Part shown: positions 12,924-25,790 of the stretch, piece by piece
How the letters are laid out: every line of letters begins with the position of its first letter
Numbering within the stretch: position 1 is the first letter of the stretch
Assembly (NCBI GenBank): GCA_011109175.1
Contig: RDEW01000007.1
Location: 1,378,295 to 1,442,294 of the forward strand
Direction: 5' to 3'
DNA length: 64,000 nucleotides
Source of the DNA: Dicyema japonicum
Taxonomy: Eukaryota > Animalia > Dicyemida
Position numbers and translations under genes: made by a program
Notes under the pieces: generated by a model
Told to the model about the DNA's origin: nothing
Databases searched by the model: none
Seen by the model: the letters and a program-made list of their open reading frames with translations, nothing else

Positions 12924-15383
12924 ATGTCTGCTCAATCGCCAAACCAAAAGATTCGGTCCCAGCTTTTAAGTTGGTCATCCGACAAGGAGTTCCAGTCACT
13001 TTTCACAGAAAAGGCGAAACAAGAGTTTACAGAAATGTCTGTTTTAGCAAAGTCATACTACAATCGTAAAGCAGTATCATACCTCTTAATTTTAGGACAA
13101 AATGATCTCCCAAACAACTCATGATCCAATTCCACATTCCACGGAAACCCCTGAACCTCGAGTCCCCGGCTTTGTTCGAACTCTCAAATCCCATATTCAG
13201 GAGGTTACTGCCAAAATAGAATCGCTTGACGAAATTATGGGTCATTTCTCTCGCTAAACTCGTGTTTGGATGACTTGGATTCGGGAATCGGAACATTATA
13301 CGCTCAAAACGAAAGCACACTTACAAAGAGACAACAACTCAAGGACCACATTACGCAGATTGAGTGGGGGTTAAAGAAAATGGCGGGATTCGAGCAAATA
13401 AAAAAGGTTTCCTGTTGACTTATCTGAGGAAATAAAAGTTGAAGACGATTTGTCCAAGATCATGGAATTACTTAAGGAAGTGACAGATTCCATACAATTT
13501 GTCCAGGAACACGTTTTCTGTTGTCATGTTAGTTAGGGTCACTTTATTGACTCAAAGCACTCCCTCAAAATGTGGGATGAGTGTCTTGAAGAATCTCTAA
13601 GCATTGCTGTCTTCAAATTTGTTAAAATTACAGAAAAGCTGTTCTCACAAGTTTGTGTATTAACTGATGTACTAAGGGAACCGAAAAGGATCACGAATCC
13701 GCGGAAAGTCTCAACCAATTGGTTGAACTTTTGCAGAATTCATCAAATTTCAAGTTCTTTTCCTTTAATTCGCTAAATCTGTCTTGTTTACTTTAGATTC
13801 GCAGAGGCTTTGAGTGATTTGTACAGTCAGTATTCAAATCTGAGGGTGAATCAAATTGTACCCTCTTTGGCTGGGCGATCTCCCTCAGAGTCATTATCTG
13901 AACTCTGTTCTGTCATTAAGAGGGAACGACAACTTCTTCCGTCAATCCCATCAACTTGCTTCATTGAAAGGCTTTGCCAGTTCATTCAAGGAATGATTCG
14001 ACCGGTCATTAGGTCGGCCAAATTGTCAGAAATAGCAGATTGCCTCCAAAATATCAAAGTTGTACATAAATGTTTACCATAGGACATATCTGCCTATTTG
14101 AGGACCTCTGGTGGTGATTTCTCTTTAATTGGCAGATTGTGAGATCCCACATTCTCTTCAGGCTATTTCAGGGGATTTGTTAGAATATGTTGTGCGTCTG
14201 ACTGACAATCTCTGCCAAAGTTTTAAACAAACCAGATTAGAAGGCGTCAATAATGCTATTCAGTGGCTTGACGACCTTCATAAATGCTGTGATTCCACGT
14301 TTTTCACCGAACTTGCCTCGCAAATAATGTCTTCTGCAGTTTCAGCCTTTTCCACCAAATCAGTACGAATATCCATGACTTGCAGGAAAATATAGAGGAC
14401 ACTCTTCATGTAATTCACAATGCCCTCCTTCTAAGAGAAAAGTTTACTCTCCTACAGCTGGGTGGCAGTGTTTACTACTCCAACTTTGATTTCTCTTATC
14501 TGAAGAGTAATGGTGGTCAAAATTTAGATGCTGTGAGGGAACTCTTCAGTAAGAAGTTCTTCCAGATGATAACTAAGATCAGAATGAACACTTTGCTTAA
14601 TTTGGTCCTCAATGTATGAGTGAGCTTATTGTAGCTGACGCCTCTTGTACGAGAGGACGCTGTTGAGCTCTATGGTCCCCTGGATGATGTTATCAGGACA
14701 AATTGTGAGTCTCTGTACGCATTCTCTAAGGAACTTGTGATACCTGAACTGATGGGGTATTTTAATTTCATTGAATTGTAGAGTAGTGGATAAACTTGAT
14801 AATATTGGGGGGACACTTATTAAGGAGGCAATCTCGATCTCTTTTGTGAATTTGAGTGAGCGACTTGGCTGTTTAATCGACAGAATGGACAAAGTGATGA
14901 ACAATCCTACACACTGCTACATTCTACTGGGACCTATCAAGGTTGTTGGATAAGCGGCTATTGTAGGCTCAAATAAAAGATGTCTTTCTAAAGATTTTCT
15001 CGTTTGTCAATTCTGGAAAGTTTACGGAAGAAGAGATTGCCACCATATCTTGTCCTGGAGTGAATGAGGTTGATTATTTGTTCGTTATAGGAGATTGAGG
15101 AAATTATGTCAAAGTGGGAACTTACTACCTTGGTGGAGTAGTGACTTGTAATATGGGGACAAATGATTTTATTAGTTGTTAGAACGTGTTTTGTCAAAAT
15201 TTAAGTGGGGTTGTTAGTAGTTTTCTCTGTCTAACTTCTTCGGTTCTAAACGATTTTAAGGCGTCGGAGGTTGTTTCCACAAAATTCTTCCCGATAATGT
15301 ACCTTGAATGGGGGACAAACCCGGCGTATCCTAATGTTTTCTTAGTTGGAGATACCTGGTCTGTGGTAATTTACTCCGATTGA
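12924..15383 (+). CDS. Unidentified multi-exon protein (about 10 or more micro-introns)
   Basis: ORF pieces 12921-13124, 13570-13776, 13810-14082, 14129-14395, 14380-14619, 14771-14953 and 15186-15383 join through 21-30 nt GT-AG introns; no family recognised; some junctions unresolved. Confidence 0.7.
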
Positions 15384-15408
15384 GTCCACGTTAGACTTTC
15401 TTGTATAG

Positions 15409-15920
15409 TTAAAAGTTGTTGTAAGCTTGACTCATTATTTTTATTACTTTTTGGCATTTTTGATTGTTTTCCCCAAATCTTCTGTTTTTATGTGCGTCAT
15501 ATTCTCTAGAAAAGTCATTTATGGCTTTTTCAGAGAGCTTAGAATAAGTTTCACTTATGTAGTTTTGAGAACAGGGGACGAACCCTTAAAATATAAAACA
15601 CTAATAGACCAACCGGAATATCCAGGGACCAGGGGTTTTTTATACCGCCCTTCTATGAAAGTTGCGGAGTGAGAAGGCTGATATGAAATAGGTTTGGCAT
15701 AATTTCGAGTTGGTGTTTGAGGTTTTGCAATATTTTTCATTGTCAGTGCTTTGTGTGTTTGTTGAGCATAAGTTTTCCCACAGAGCTCCCTGTTATGAAC
15801 CACAAAGCCGCAATATCTGCGATGATTAAAGAGAATTAATTTTACCCAGGAAATATGAAAAAGGTTGTCTAGTTACCAAAGGACTGTCCTTGTGTAATTT
15901 TAAGCATGCTCGATGTTTAC
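15409..15920 (-). CDS. FAM166: FAM166/CIMIP2-family ciliary microtubule inner protein
   Basis: After removing two ~29-nt introns: PGYCGFVVHNRELCGKTYAQQTHKAL and VPGYSGFVPCSQNYISETYSKLSEKAINDF, two PGYxGF repeats. Start codon unresolved. Confidence 0.75.
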
Positions 15921-17033
15921 CGCGTAGTTGCTATATAAAAGAATCTAAAAACGTAGAAATCTAATTATGACGCTATAATTTATAATACCGAGTATTGTTT
16001 GTGATCTTACAGAAATAATTATAATTTCTAAGTACTAAAATGATATTTTTGTCACGACAGGGACTGACGCATTAATAATTGGATAATTACAGGTCGATTT
16101 ACGCTAACAGCTGTACTTATATTTTGAACTCTCAGATCAGTAGTCCTTACTTAAAGTATCTCTCAATAATTTTACATCTGAAATTAGTTGAACGGGAGAT
16201 AAATCAATAACCACACCTTTAAACAATGGTAATAAATATTTAACATTTTAATGTATTTCCACTAAAAATGTTATTTTTTATCTTAATTTTTAAATTTACT
16301 GCAAATTGGGCAAAACAGCAGGAATTTAACGCGACTCACCTACTTAGTGTCGAAAAATAATCGCAATCTCATCTTGTTCTGATATGACGATATGCGAAAA
16401 GAGTACCTCTCATGGGTCTATGTCATTCTTAGCTAGACTTTGCTTTCATAATAAATGAAGGTTTGAAAACTGTCTGGGGATAAATGACCGTAAATTGATT
16501 TATCCGTTGCTTGTCAGGTCGTTCAAAGCATGATGCTTTATCGACAGAATGAACAAGTGCTTGATTGCTTTACCAATCTATTTGATACCTATCATCGGCA
16601 TGCCTATAACATTATTTGATGGAGGACGTTTATCTTAATGAGATCACTGGAGAATATTAAGAAAGGTACTACCGATCGATGTTACTTTAGAATGATTCGG
16701 TGAAATTAAGTCTACTAGGAAAAAGTATTATGCGATTATACTGGAAATAATCCTAACTCTTCGCTACAATGAAGTCACACATATAACAATCACACCCATG
16801 AGCTTTGAGTCACGTGTCTCCTACTGGTTAGTAAAGATAGGGTAATTCACTAGTCAAACTAATTTGACATGAAGGACAAGTTCAAAGACTGTGAAGTCTA
16901 ATATACCCGAAAAATAAATTGATTTCTGGACCCTTCAATGTCATTTTTGACATCGTGACCTTCTAGTAGTCAATCAAAAATTACAAAAATATTTTTTCAA
17001 AACCAAGCACAACAAAGATACAGTAATAATTAG

Positions 17034-17852
17034 TATGGCAATTTAAATGCTATAATGCTATAAATTTTTTTGATTATAATTTAAAAATAAATTAATTTAT
17101 TTATTTTTTGTAACTTATAATGTATAATTGTTATAAATAAATTCTAAAAAATAATAAATTGATCATAATTTAATCTAAATAATCCAAAATGTAATTTTTA
17201 ATTCAGTTAGTTGTTTATTTACTGACTTATAAATGCTATAAATTTAAGGCCATAATCAATTAATTAACATAAAACGAGTTTGATTTACTGTCATATCAAA
17301 GAACACTAAATCAATATATAACAATATTCTGCAATTTATTATTAAAAACAAGTAATCAGTTAATTTATCCCCAGTAAATCATATTTAAAACTGCCATCCA
17401 TCCAAAGTGGACCCCGCCGACATTATCGACGTTGCGTTGCCTCTCACGATTGCAACAGAGATCAACTGGAGTAGCCACCGGGTCTCACGTGCGTCGTGGC
17501 TTTTTAGTGTAGCTAAGCGTCCAAGTTTCTTTAGGAAGCGAAGCGATTTTCCACTTATTCCTCCAGTTGTCTCGACCACTATTGGATCTGCAATTCAAAG
17601 AAGAATTCGAAATTTATGATCGACTGTCCACGAAAGACTCTGGTTGAGACAGAGACTCGAAATGACAGTTATTAATGGGAACGCTTTCGTAATCCTGGCT
17701 TCGTTACTAAAAATCTTAAATTGTTTTAATGTTTATCTTTCACAAATTGAAAAATTTTAAGTGCTATATTTTTTAAATGCTATATTTTTTTGGTTTATAG
17801 CTATTTTTCAAATGCTATTTTTTAATTTTAAGTGCTATAAAAAATTGCCATA
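17034..17852. mobile_element. hAT-type MITE with nested CRE tails
   Basis: Perfect 11-bp TIR TATGGCAATTT, perfect 8-bp TSD ATAATTAG (17026-17033, 17853-17860), tgctata subterminal repeats. Confidence 0.85.
17345..17582 (-). mobile_element. CRE subfamily 1 3' tail
   Basis: Near-identical to about 12155-12380; the antisense ORF translations are identical over 60 aa. Confidence 0.9.
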
Positions 17853-18099
17853 ATAATTAGAATATGTTGCAATTTATTTAAATATTTATTTCATAGGTAA
17901 AATAACGATTTACATTAATGTAATTTTTAATTCAGTTAAAAAAATACATTAATTAAAGAAACAATGTTTAGTAAGGTTGTGTCATGTGCATCTTTCACAA
18001 ATGTCTTTTCCATATTTGATATATCTATCAGCCCGTTCTCCCTTGGCACTTTTAAAACTAGACGACTTAATCCTTATTAAGGCACTTTCACGAAAGCCA

Positions 18100-19800
18100 T
18101 AATGTTTATATCCCCGCATGTGCAACACTCAAAGAAACAATATTTATAGTTAGTCTTTTCCATCTTCCTCTGTCGAATGCGAGTGATCTCAGTTCGTCCA
18201 GGTCGTCCCCTGTCTTTAGATTTTTTCTCACACAATTTAAGTCTTTGTTTAGGGCTGTCGGAAGTGTCAATCTAGGTCGTCCGCGGAAGGGTTTTTCGCA
18301 TCTGTCAAAGTAATCTTCCATCGCTTTGTTAGAGGGTGCGTCCGGGTTCATTCTTAGTACATGCCCAAATAGCCACCACCGGGCATCTATCACATCCTTG
18401 CTGATGTAAGAACACATACACTTGTTGTAGATACCAGTGGTTGATATTCTACGTGTCCACTCCATTCCGAGTAAGCTTCTTAGTTGCCTTCTATGGAACG
18501 AATCCAGTTTTGATAGTTCTTTGAAGGAACTTCCCCATGTCCAGCGTTATACAGTAGTATCGGTTTCACAAACGCGTTGTAAAGCCTGCATCTGAAGTCA
18601 ATTCCGAGTCCTTTGGCCCTTAGCCATCCTTTCTTCAGTGTGGCCATTGCCACGGTTGCCAATGTTTTCCTCTTTAGTACATCTTCAGTGTCTCCTAGTA
18701 GAGAGCCGAGCTTATTAGTACGTCTCCATCTTTCATGAGTGATATCGTCTTTTCTTTTAATTTCCGTGATCTCAGTTTTGTCTACATTTACGCTGAGAAA
18801 CCATTTCCCAAGCTCCGCAGGTGCATTTTCTAGCAGGTGTTAATAATCCATTTCCAAGTCCTTGATCGGTATTAGTTTCAAAGACGTCATTTAGGGTTTT
18901 TGCAATTGTGTCGCTAAGTTTTTTGGCCCATATTTTAGGAGCTCAGGGCTTATGTTGTCTGGCCCAGCACTCTTGTTGTTCTTAAGTTTATTTATCGCTA
19001 ATTCCACCTCTTCCACTGTGATTGGGATTTTTAGCGCTTTTGCTTCTTCCTGGAAAGGGGGAAAGTCATTATTTTCTTCATTCAACAGTGTTTCGAAGTG
19101 TCGTGCAATCAATTCTGCTTTTTCTTTCGGGTTACCCACAAATTTTCCATCTTTGTTTTTGATGTGAAGGATGTTTTGTCCTTTCTTTGTCCGCAGCAGC
19201 CGCAAAGCCGCATACATCCTTGAATTGTCCTTTAGGCATTCCACATCTTTTAATAGGGATGTAATAATTTCCCGTGAGTGTTTTCTGTTCATCTTTTTGA
19301 TTTTCCATTTTAGTTCCCTTTGTTGGATATTAAGCTCTTTTTTTACTCTCGTCTGACGTGTTTTCCGCTTTTAGTCGTAGCTCTCTGCAATGCTTTGCCA
19401 TATCTGACAAGTTCGGGTTGTGATCCAATTTTAGGACGTGATGATTTTGGACTCCAAGGCATATTTTGGTGACTTGTTTGATCCCACAGAGTTCGTACTG
19501 ATGATTCCGGCGCGGTTTTCACCATAAGAGTTTCGATTTGTTCGTGATATTTAGCTCTACAAGTTGGCTCTAACCACAATTTTTCTGTTTGAAAGTATAT
19601 ATTGGGCCTTTGTCTCGCCTTCTTCGCGTTTTCAATGTATTTTTTCCCAGTCAGGTGCTTTTTTACACAAAGTTTTGCAAGACATAATCCTATTTATAAA
19701 AAAAAAACTTCAACTCACACAAAACCTGGAACGATACAAGCTATCCATGTGTTGCCTATAAGAGACAAAAATAACAGACAGCATAACATTTCAAATTGGT
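18100..19800 (-). mobile_element. RTE-like LINE with the RT core deleted
   Basis: KSAGPDNISPELLK jumps within about 40 nt to post-RT sequence; RLYNAFVKPILLY and WLFGHVLRM...RGRPR follow. Confidence 0.8.
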
Positions 19801-20055
19801 AATTACTGCCTGATTACTAGGGCGATGTTTTATCTTTATAAATAATGTAATTAAAAACGTTTTTAGGCTAAAAATTTCTTTCTTTAGGTATAATTTTAGC
19901 AATAAAAATTTTTTTCTGAATAGAAGGATATTTTTCAATATGCATGGAGAAATATGTTGCTTTTCCATTTTTAATAGAAAAAAAACTTATTAACAGAAAA
20001 TCTAGATTTCAGATACTTCGTAATTCAGCATAACTCGTTACTGGAATATTTATTT

Positions 20056-20344
20056 TATTTATTTATTAACCCCGGATCACCGAGAAAGAAGTTAAAGTAA
20101 ACAACTAATTAAGTGTATCCAGTTTCCACTTCTACAGAAAGAGTCCATCCGGAATCAACATAAGGGGTTAAAGACGTCCATACTTGCAGTTGTGGAAACC
20201 CCTCCAGTGGAGTCGGGGAGAGCAAATGATCCTTTTTTGTGCCGGCCTGGCACAGGGCGCCACCTGGACAGGTAAATCACATGACGCCACTCTAATAGGA
20301 AGAGAGAGGAGGAACAGACGAGCAAAACAGAAACTTCAACCAAT
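20056..20344 (-). mobile_element. SINE1 copy C (lacks the 5' hairpin)
   Basis: Colinear with 47316-47637, 40093-40402 and 49812-50066. Confidence 0.9.
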
Positions 20345-20844
20345 CTTGTTTGTTTTGGTTAGTTAGTCAATTAGTCAATTTTATAAGATTTTTAATGAGA
20401 AACAATAATTGCATAAGAGATTCAAAAAATATTGAATGCGTCTACAATTATTTTAAATAAACAGGTGAGTTATCTTGTACCACGTTGTGGAGAGGTACAT
20501 ATAATTGCCAAAAATCTTATTAAGCCATGTTCAAAAAAGATCATCGAGTGTATTCATGGCGAACAAATTTTAATGGTCTTCCGTAAATAAAAATAACATT
20601 ACATGCTTTGCCGTTCTGCAAGAGTATCTTGATGAATCAAAATCGCATTGGATGATAAAGTACTTTAGGTAATTTTGGATGAAATCATGCGAAATATTTT
20701 CTGTATAAATTTGATGACGATTGGGTACAAAATCCATTCCAAGTTAAGTAATATCAGCAAATCTAACATCAATTGAATATTTTTATTGATTTTATTGATT
20801 TGCCATCATCAGAATCAACGTCAAATCAGATATATAAATGAATC

Positions 20845-21001
20845 CCTCGAGGGAGCGTCGGGAAACCGAGTGGCTTTTCCAAAGGATATCCCTGGCAGTA
20901 GTCAGAGGTAACAGCCACTCGATCATATCCGCTGGACTTTAGAACGATTTTATTGTTATAAATAAATTTCTTTAAGTCTTCAAAAAAAAAAAAAAAAAAA
21001 A
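20845..21001 (+). mobile_element. CRE subfamily 2 3' tail with poly(A)
   Basis: Matches the reverse complement of 26530-26655; followed by an A-run at about 20982-21001. Confidence 0.85.
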
Positions 21002-21313
21002 TAAAATGAATCCCTTTTTAATTTTTTAAGAGCATATATTTCAAAATATCCTGATATCTCAGGAAAGGCTATACGTACACTATTACTTTTCCCAGCAACT
21101 TACTTATTCGAGTCGGGGTTTTCAATATATACCAAATGCTCCTGATATGAGGATACAGTTGACAACTATAACTCCAACGTTACAAAACTGCCATAATAAA
21201 AAGTTAATGTTCACATTAAAATTGTTTTTTGGTTATTACGATTATGTTTTAAGTGAAAATTGTAATAATGAATTGGAAGGGTTCCGCAAAAAAATGGGTT
21301 CCGCGAGCACCTT

Positions 21314-21330
21314 AAGGTTGAGAACCACTG
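21314..21330. mobile_element. hAT/Charlie-type terminal inverted repeat (right end of a relic)
   Basis: aaggttgagaaccactg is the reverse complement of CAGTGGTTCTCAACCTT, a typical Charlie terminus; followed by tgctagag. Confidence 0.55.
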
Positions 21331-21422
21331 TGCTAGAGTAAAACGATATCCAATAGCTTCATAAAAAGTTTTGTAAACTTTACTGTTCGATCATATTCGA
21401 GTAAGCATTAGTTATCTCATTG

Positions 21423-24342
21423 GAGAAAGACCTGGCAACCTACCCTGTATTTAAATGCCAAGAAAATCTTATGAGCAAACTCTCGTACGATCTAATTGGA
21501 TGCAACGTTACTGCAAAACATCAAATCTCGAGTCTTCGTCACACAGAATCTCACAATTTCGCAACATGGAACGTAAGAGGCTTAAACAAAGGGAAACTAG
21601 AAGTCGTAAAAAAAGAAATGAGAAGGCTTGATATTGACCTTCTTGGAGTAAGCGAACTTCATTGGATTGACAGTGGTTTTTTTCGTTCTGATGATTTCGT
21701 CATATATTATTCTGGTAACATTAATGCGAAGAGAAACGGAGTGGCCTTCATTGCTTCAAAGAAAATTGCACGTGCTATTGAAAGTCATAGAATATTTAAT
21801 GATCGGATAATACTAATCCACGTCCGTGGACGACCATTGAATATTACGGTCATGCAAGTGTATGCCCCAACATCTATTGCCAAGGATGACGAAATTGACC
21901 AATTTTATTATGAATTTCAAGAGGCACTAAAACTAATACCCAAAAAGGACATAACCTACATAATGGGGATTTCAATTCAAAAGTTGGGTGTATGCCACAT
22001 ACGGATATTGTGGGAAGTTTTGGTTTGGGGAAAAGAAATGATGCTGGGGATCGACTGGTCCAATTCTGTCAGGAAAATGGATTTCAGATAACTAACACAT
22101 GGTTCAAACAGCACAAACGACGATTATACACTTGGACGTCGCCAAATGGAATGTCTAGGAACCAGATTGATTATATTTTGTGCGCCAAACGTTGGAAAAG
22201 CTCTATAACAGCCGTCAAAACATATCCAGGGGCAGACTGTGGAACAGACCATCAGCTACTTGTTGCAAAAATTAGGACGAAATTCAGTAACACTTGGAAT
22301 ACCCCCGAGTAAAGAAATTCGATGTCTCAAACATACCACCAGAATACGCAATGGAAGTTAAGCACAATATTGGATTACTGGATTTGAACGGAAGGATGCC
22401 TGATGAATTATGGAATGATATGCAGTTGGTTATCAGGAACGCTGCAATAAAACATGTCAAATACAAAACGCCGGCCAAGTGCTCTGAGTGGCTCTCTGCC
22501 AACACCCTAAACATTGCTGAGGCTCGTAAAGCTGCTAAAGTCTCTGGGAATATAGACGAGATAAGAAAACTTAACTCTGAATTCAAAAAGGCAGCCAGGA
22601 AGGATAAAGAAGACTACTGGAGGTTACACTGCAAAAAAATGGAAGATGACTATAAGAGAGGTCACACTAGGAATGCGTATTTACAACTAAAAAGATTACG
22701 AACCCCCTTTACGAAAATGATGGGCAAAATCAAGGACAAGGATGGTGTTGAATTGCTAGGCCAACAGAACATCCGAAATCGTTGGAGAGAATATACGGAA
22801 CGGCTATATTCAGAAACTGTGTGCCCACCCATATGTGTTGATGAAGCAACGTCGGGTGAGGGGCATAAAATCCTTGAGGAGGAATGCGTGTGGGCTACAC
22901 GGCAATTAACGGGGAACAAGGCACCGGGGATTGACAACATCTCAAGCGAATTGTTGAAGGCTATACCGGTGACAGCTATCACCAGTCTATGTCAAAAAAT
23001 TTGGGAAACTGGTATTTGGCCACGTGAGTGGAAAAGATCTATATTTATTCCAATACCGAAAAAAGGGGATAGCAAGGACTGTTCAAACTATCGTACAATA
23101 GCCTTAATTCCCCACGTCAGCAAAATACTTCTAAAGATAATACAACATCGTCTAATGCCAAATGCCGAAATGATTCTACCGGATGTCCAAGCAGGATTCA
23201 GGAAGGGACGAGGCACACGTGACCATATAGCAAATGTCCGGTGGATTATGGAGAAAGCCCATGAATCCCAAAAGAGTGTATACATGTGCTTCATTGACTA
23301 TCGGAAAGCTTTTGATTCCGTTATACATGACAAGCTGTGGTCCGCTTTAAAAGAATTTGGATTCGATGCCCATCTGATATTGCTTATCAAATCTCTTTAT
23401 AAGGATCAAGAAGCTACTGTTAGAACAGTGTATGGAGATACCGATTGGTTCAAAATTGTAAAGGAGTAAGACAAGGATGCTTATTATCTCCCATCCTATT
23501 CAATATTTATGCCGAAATGATCATGACTAAATTGGATACTGTATCAAATAACGGGATTAAAATTGGAGGCAGGAACATCAATAATTTGCGCTATGCTGAC
23601 GATACAACCTTACTGGCTGAAACAGAGGATGGCCTCAGGGAGTTGATTCTAAGATTCAGAGAAGAGAGCGCCGTCTTTGGTTTATTGCTAAATATCAAGA
23701 AGACCAAAATTATGACTACTGCTAATAATGGAATAATGGAACTAAAAATTGGGAATGAGAAAATAGAGAGTTGCGATAATGTTGTCTTTCTGGGATGTCT
23801 AATTAATCGGAATGGTGACGGAGGCTTGGAAATCAAGAGGCGAATTGCCATGGGACGAGACACCTTCCAAAGAATGAATAGAATTTGGAAAAGCAAAGAT
23901 ATTTCCTTAAGGACCAAATGCAGACTAGTTAATGCAATCGTGTTCCCGGTTTTTCTATACGGCGCAGTATCATGGATATTGAAAAAGGCGGATAGACGAA
24001 AAATTGATGCTTTTGAGCTGTGGTGTTGGAGGAGGTTACTAAGAATCACTTAAAATTCCAAAATAACAAACATCGATGTACTCAAACGAGTGGAGACGAC
24101 ATTTCGCTAGAAAGAAGAATCGTAAAACACAGATTGGCGTTCTTTGGGAATGTTGTCCGCTCTGATTCACTGGAAAGAAACCTAGCCGAACCAAGGACTC
24201 GGTGGCTATCCACGGTGGAAGACGTCACGGGAATGCCTATATCAAGGCTACTCCAAATTGCAACGGATCGGGAGAGTGGAGGAAACTCGTTCATGAGATC
24301 TCCGAGGGTCGGACACGACTTAATTGGATAACATAACATAAC
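21423..24342 (+). mobile_element. RTE-clade (BovB-like) LINE, APE-RT, with frameshifts and stops
   Basis: ATWNVRGL, GVSELHW, GADCGTDHQLL, QAGFRKGRGTRDHIANVRWIMEKA, GVRQGCLLSPILF, LRYADD; 3' gtcggacacgact plus (ATAAC)3; 7-bp TSD ctcattg (21416-21422, 24343-24349). Confidence 0.95.
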
Positions 24343-24439
24343 CTCATTGATCCTAGACTCGGTAGGTTGAATGAAAAAATCAGATATTTTACAGTAGCAC
24401 CTGTAAAATAGTAATAAAAATTATAGACTTGTTAGTTTG

Positions 24440-24737
24440 AAATGTTTATTAGACAAAAAATTCAATAAAAATCTGTTGTTAGAAAATTCATCGGGATATT
24501 TCTAATAACCAGTCTTAACCTTGTCAAAACAGTTGATGACGTGTAAGTATTTTATTCAAAAACTAGTATAATTAATAATTTGACTTTATTGACCTAAAAT
24601 AATTAAATTTTGACTTTTTTTGACTTTACCCAAAATTTTGATTTACATAATATTTTTGATAAAAATCACATTTTTATAAGTTTTAAACAATTTAAAAAAA
24701 ACATGAATTTTTGACTTTATTGACAAAAATTGCCCTA
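24440..24737. mobile_element. Right-end copy of the hAT element at 9677-10531
   Basis: Colinear with 10190-10531; ends aaaaattgcccta. Confidence 0.75.
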
Positions 24738-24774
24738 ATAATGCCCAATTTAAAAATTATGAAATAGTTTATTA

Positions 24775-25058
24775 GAGTCCAGCGGATTATGATCGAGTGG
24801 CTGTTACCTCTGGACTACTGCAGGGATATCCTTTGGAAAAAGCCACTCGGTTTCCGAACGACGCTCCCTCGAGGCTTTGGTCAATAGACACCCAAGTGCT
24901 CTAAGGAAAGAGACCGTCTTGGGGCCAAAGACTCCGCTCGTCTCGACGACCACTGGCTGTATATGAAAACGGTTTATGAGGCTGTGTGTATTTCTTTATC
25001 TTTGAGTTCCATATAAACGGGCGGCCTCTCCCGCTTTCATTGCGACCTCAAAAGTTTC
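24775..25058 (-). mobile_element. CRE subfamily 2 3' fragment
   Basis: Near-identical to 26560-26840. Confidence 0.9.
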
Positions 25059-25299
25059 GTCAAAATTCTGCAATTATTTCTAATTCTGGCTCATATGAGC
25101 TTATTGCTATTCTAATGCAGTCCCCAAAGATGGTCATCTGTTACACGGGTCCTGTGTTGAGATTTAATCATTTTCATCCTCGAAAATGATGTTTCGGATA
25201 AATACGTGCTTCCGAAGCACAAAAGATTGGTTGATACGCAATCAAAATCGGATATTTTTCTGGAGACATAAATATCCACATGTCGACAATTGAATGTAC

Positions 25300-25790
25300 T
25301 TTTAAAATAATGTCATTTTTTAGATTTATAATTTCTATTTTAATCTTTCTTGGATCAACGTCAAAAATTTTTCTAAATTCTGAAACATTTTCGATATCAC
25401 TCTAATGAACGGAACAGCAAAAAAGTGCATTAAAGAGTAATTTTCTTGAAATCGCCAAATGTGATTAAACTCGTTCATTTTATTTTGTACTACCACAGCA
25501 AATTCTTTGACATAATAATTTTTATTAAACAAGTTTTTTTTTGTGAATTCATCTTCAATATTAGGAAAATGGGTAAATTTTTTTAGATTTGAGATATCCA
25601 CAATTCTAACTTCATTTTGAAAGAATTTATTGAGCTGATCATATCGAGAATATATTTATGTCTCCTTGTAATTCCAAATTAGTTCATTCAGTTTTGTGGT
25701 AAAATCAGTTAAAAATGCCTAGTTAAAAAAGCCAATCAAGTTTCTAGAGTTCCACATGCTTTGTCACTACGTGTGTTGATGCATACTCTC
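25300..25790 (-). mobile_element. hAT transposase relic (GTF2IRD2/SPIN-like)
   Basis: Minus strand WLAFLT...KLNELNLELQG and RFQENYSLMHFFAVPF; stops present. Confidence 0.55.

Noticed and set aside
20160-20190. MDVFNP in SINE1 (minus strand) as a 2A relic
   Set aside because: Only D-V-x-N-P matches with wrong spacing and no upstream leucine run; too weak.
24385-24410. 10-bp hairpin as a Helitron 3' end
   Set aside because: No CTRR terminus at the expected distance and no second copy seen.
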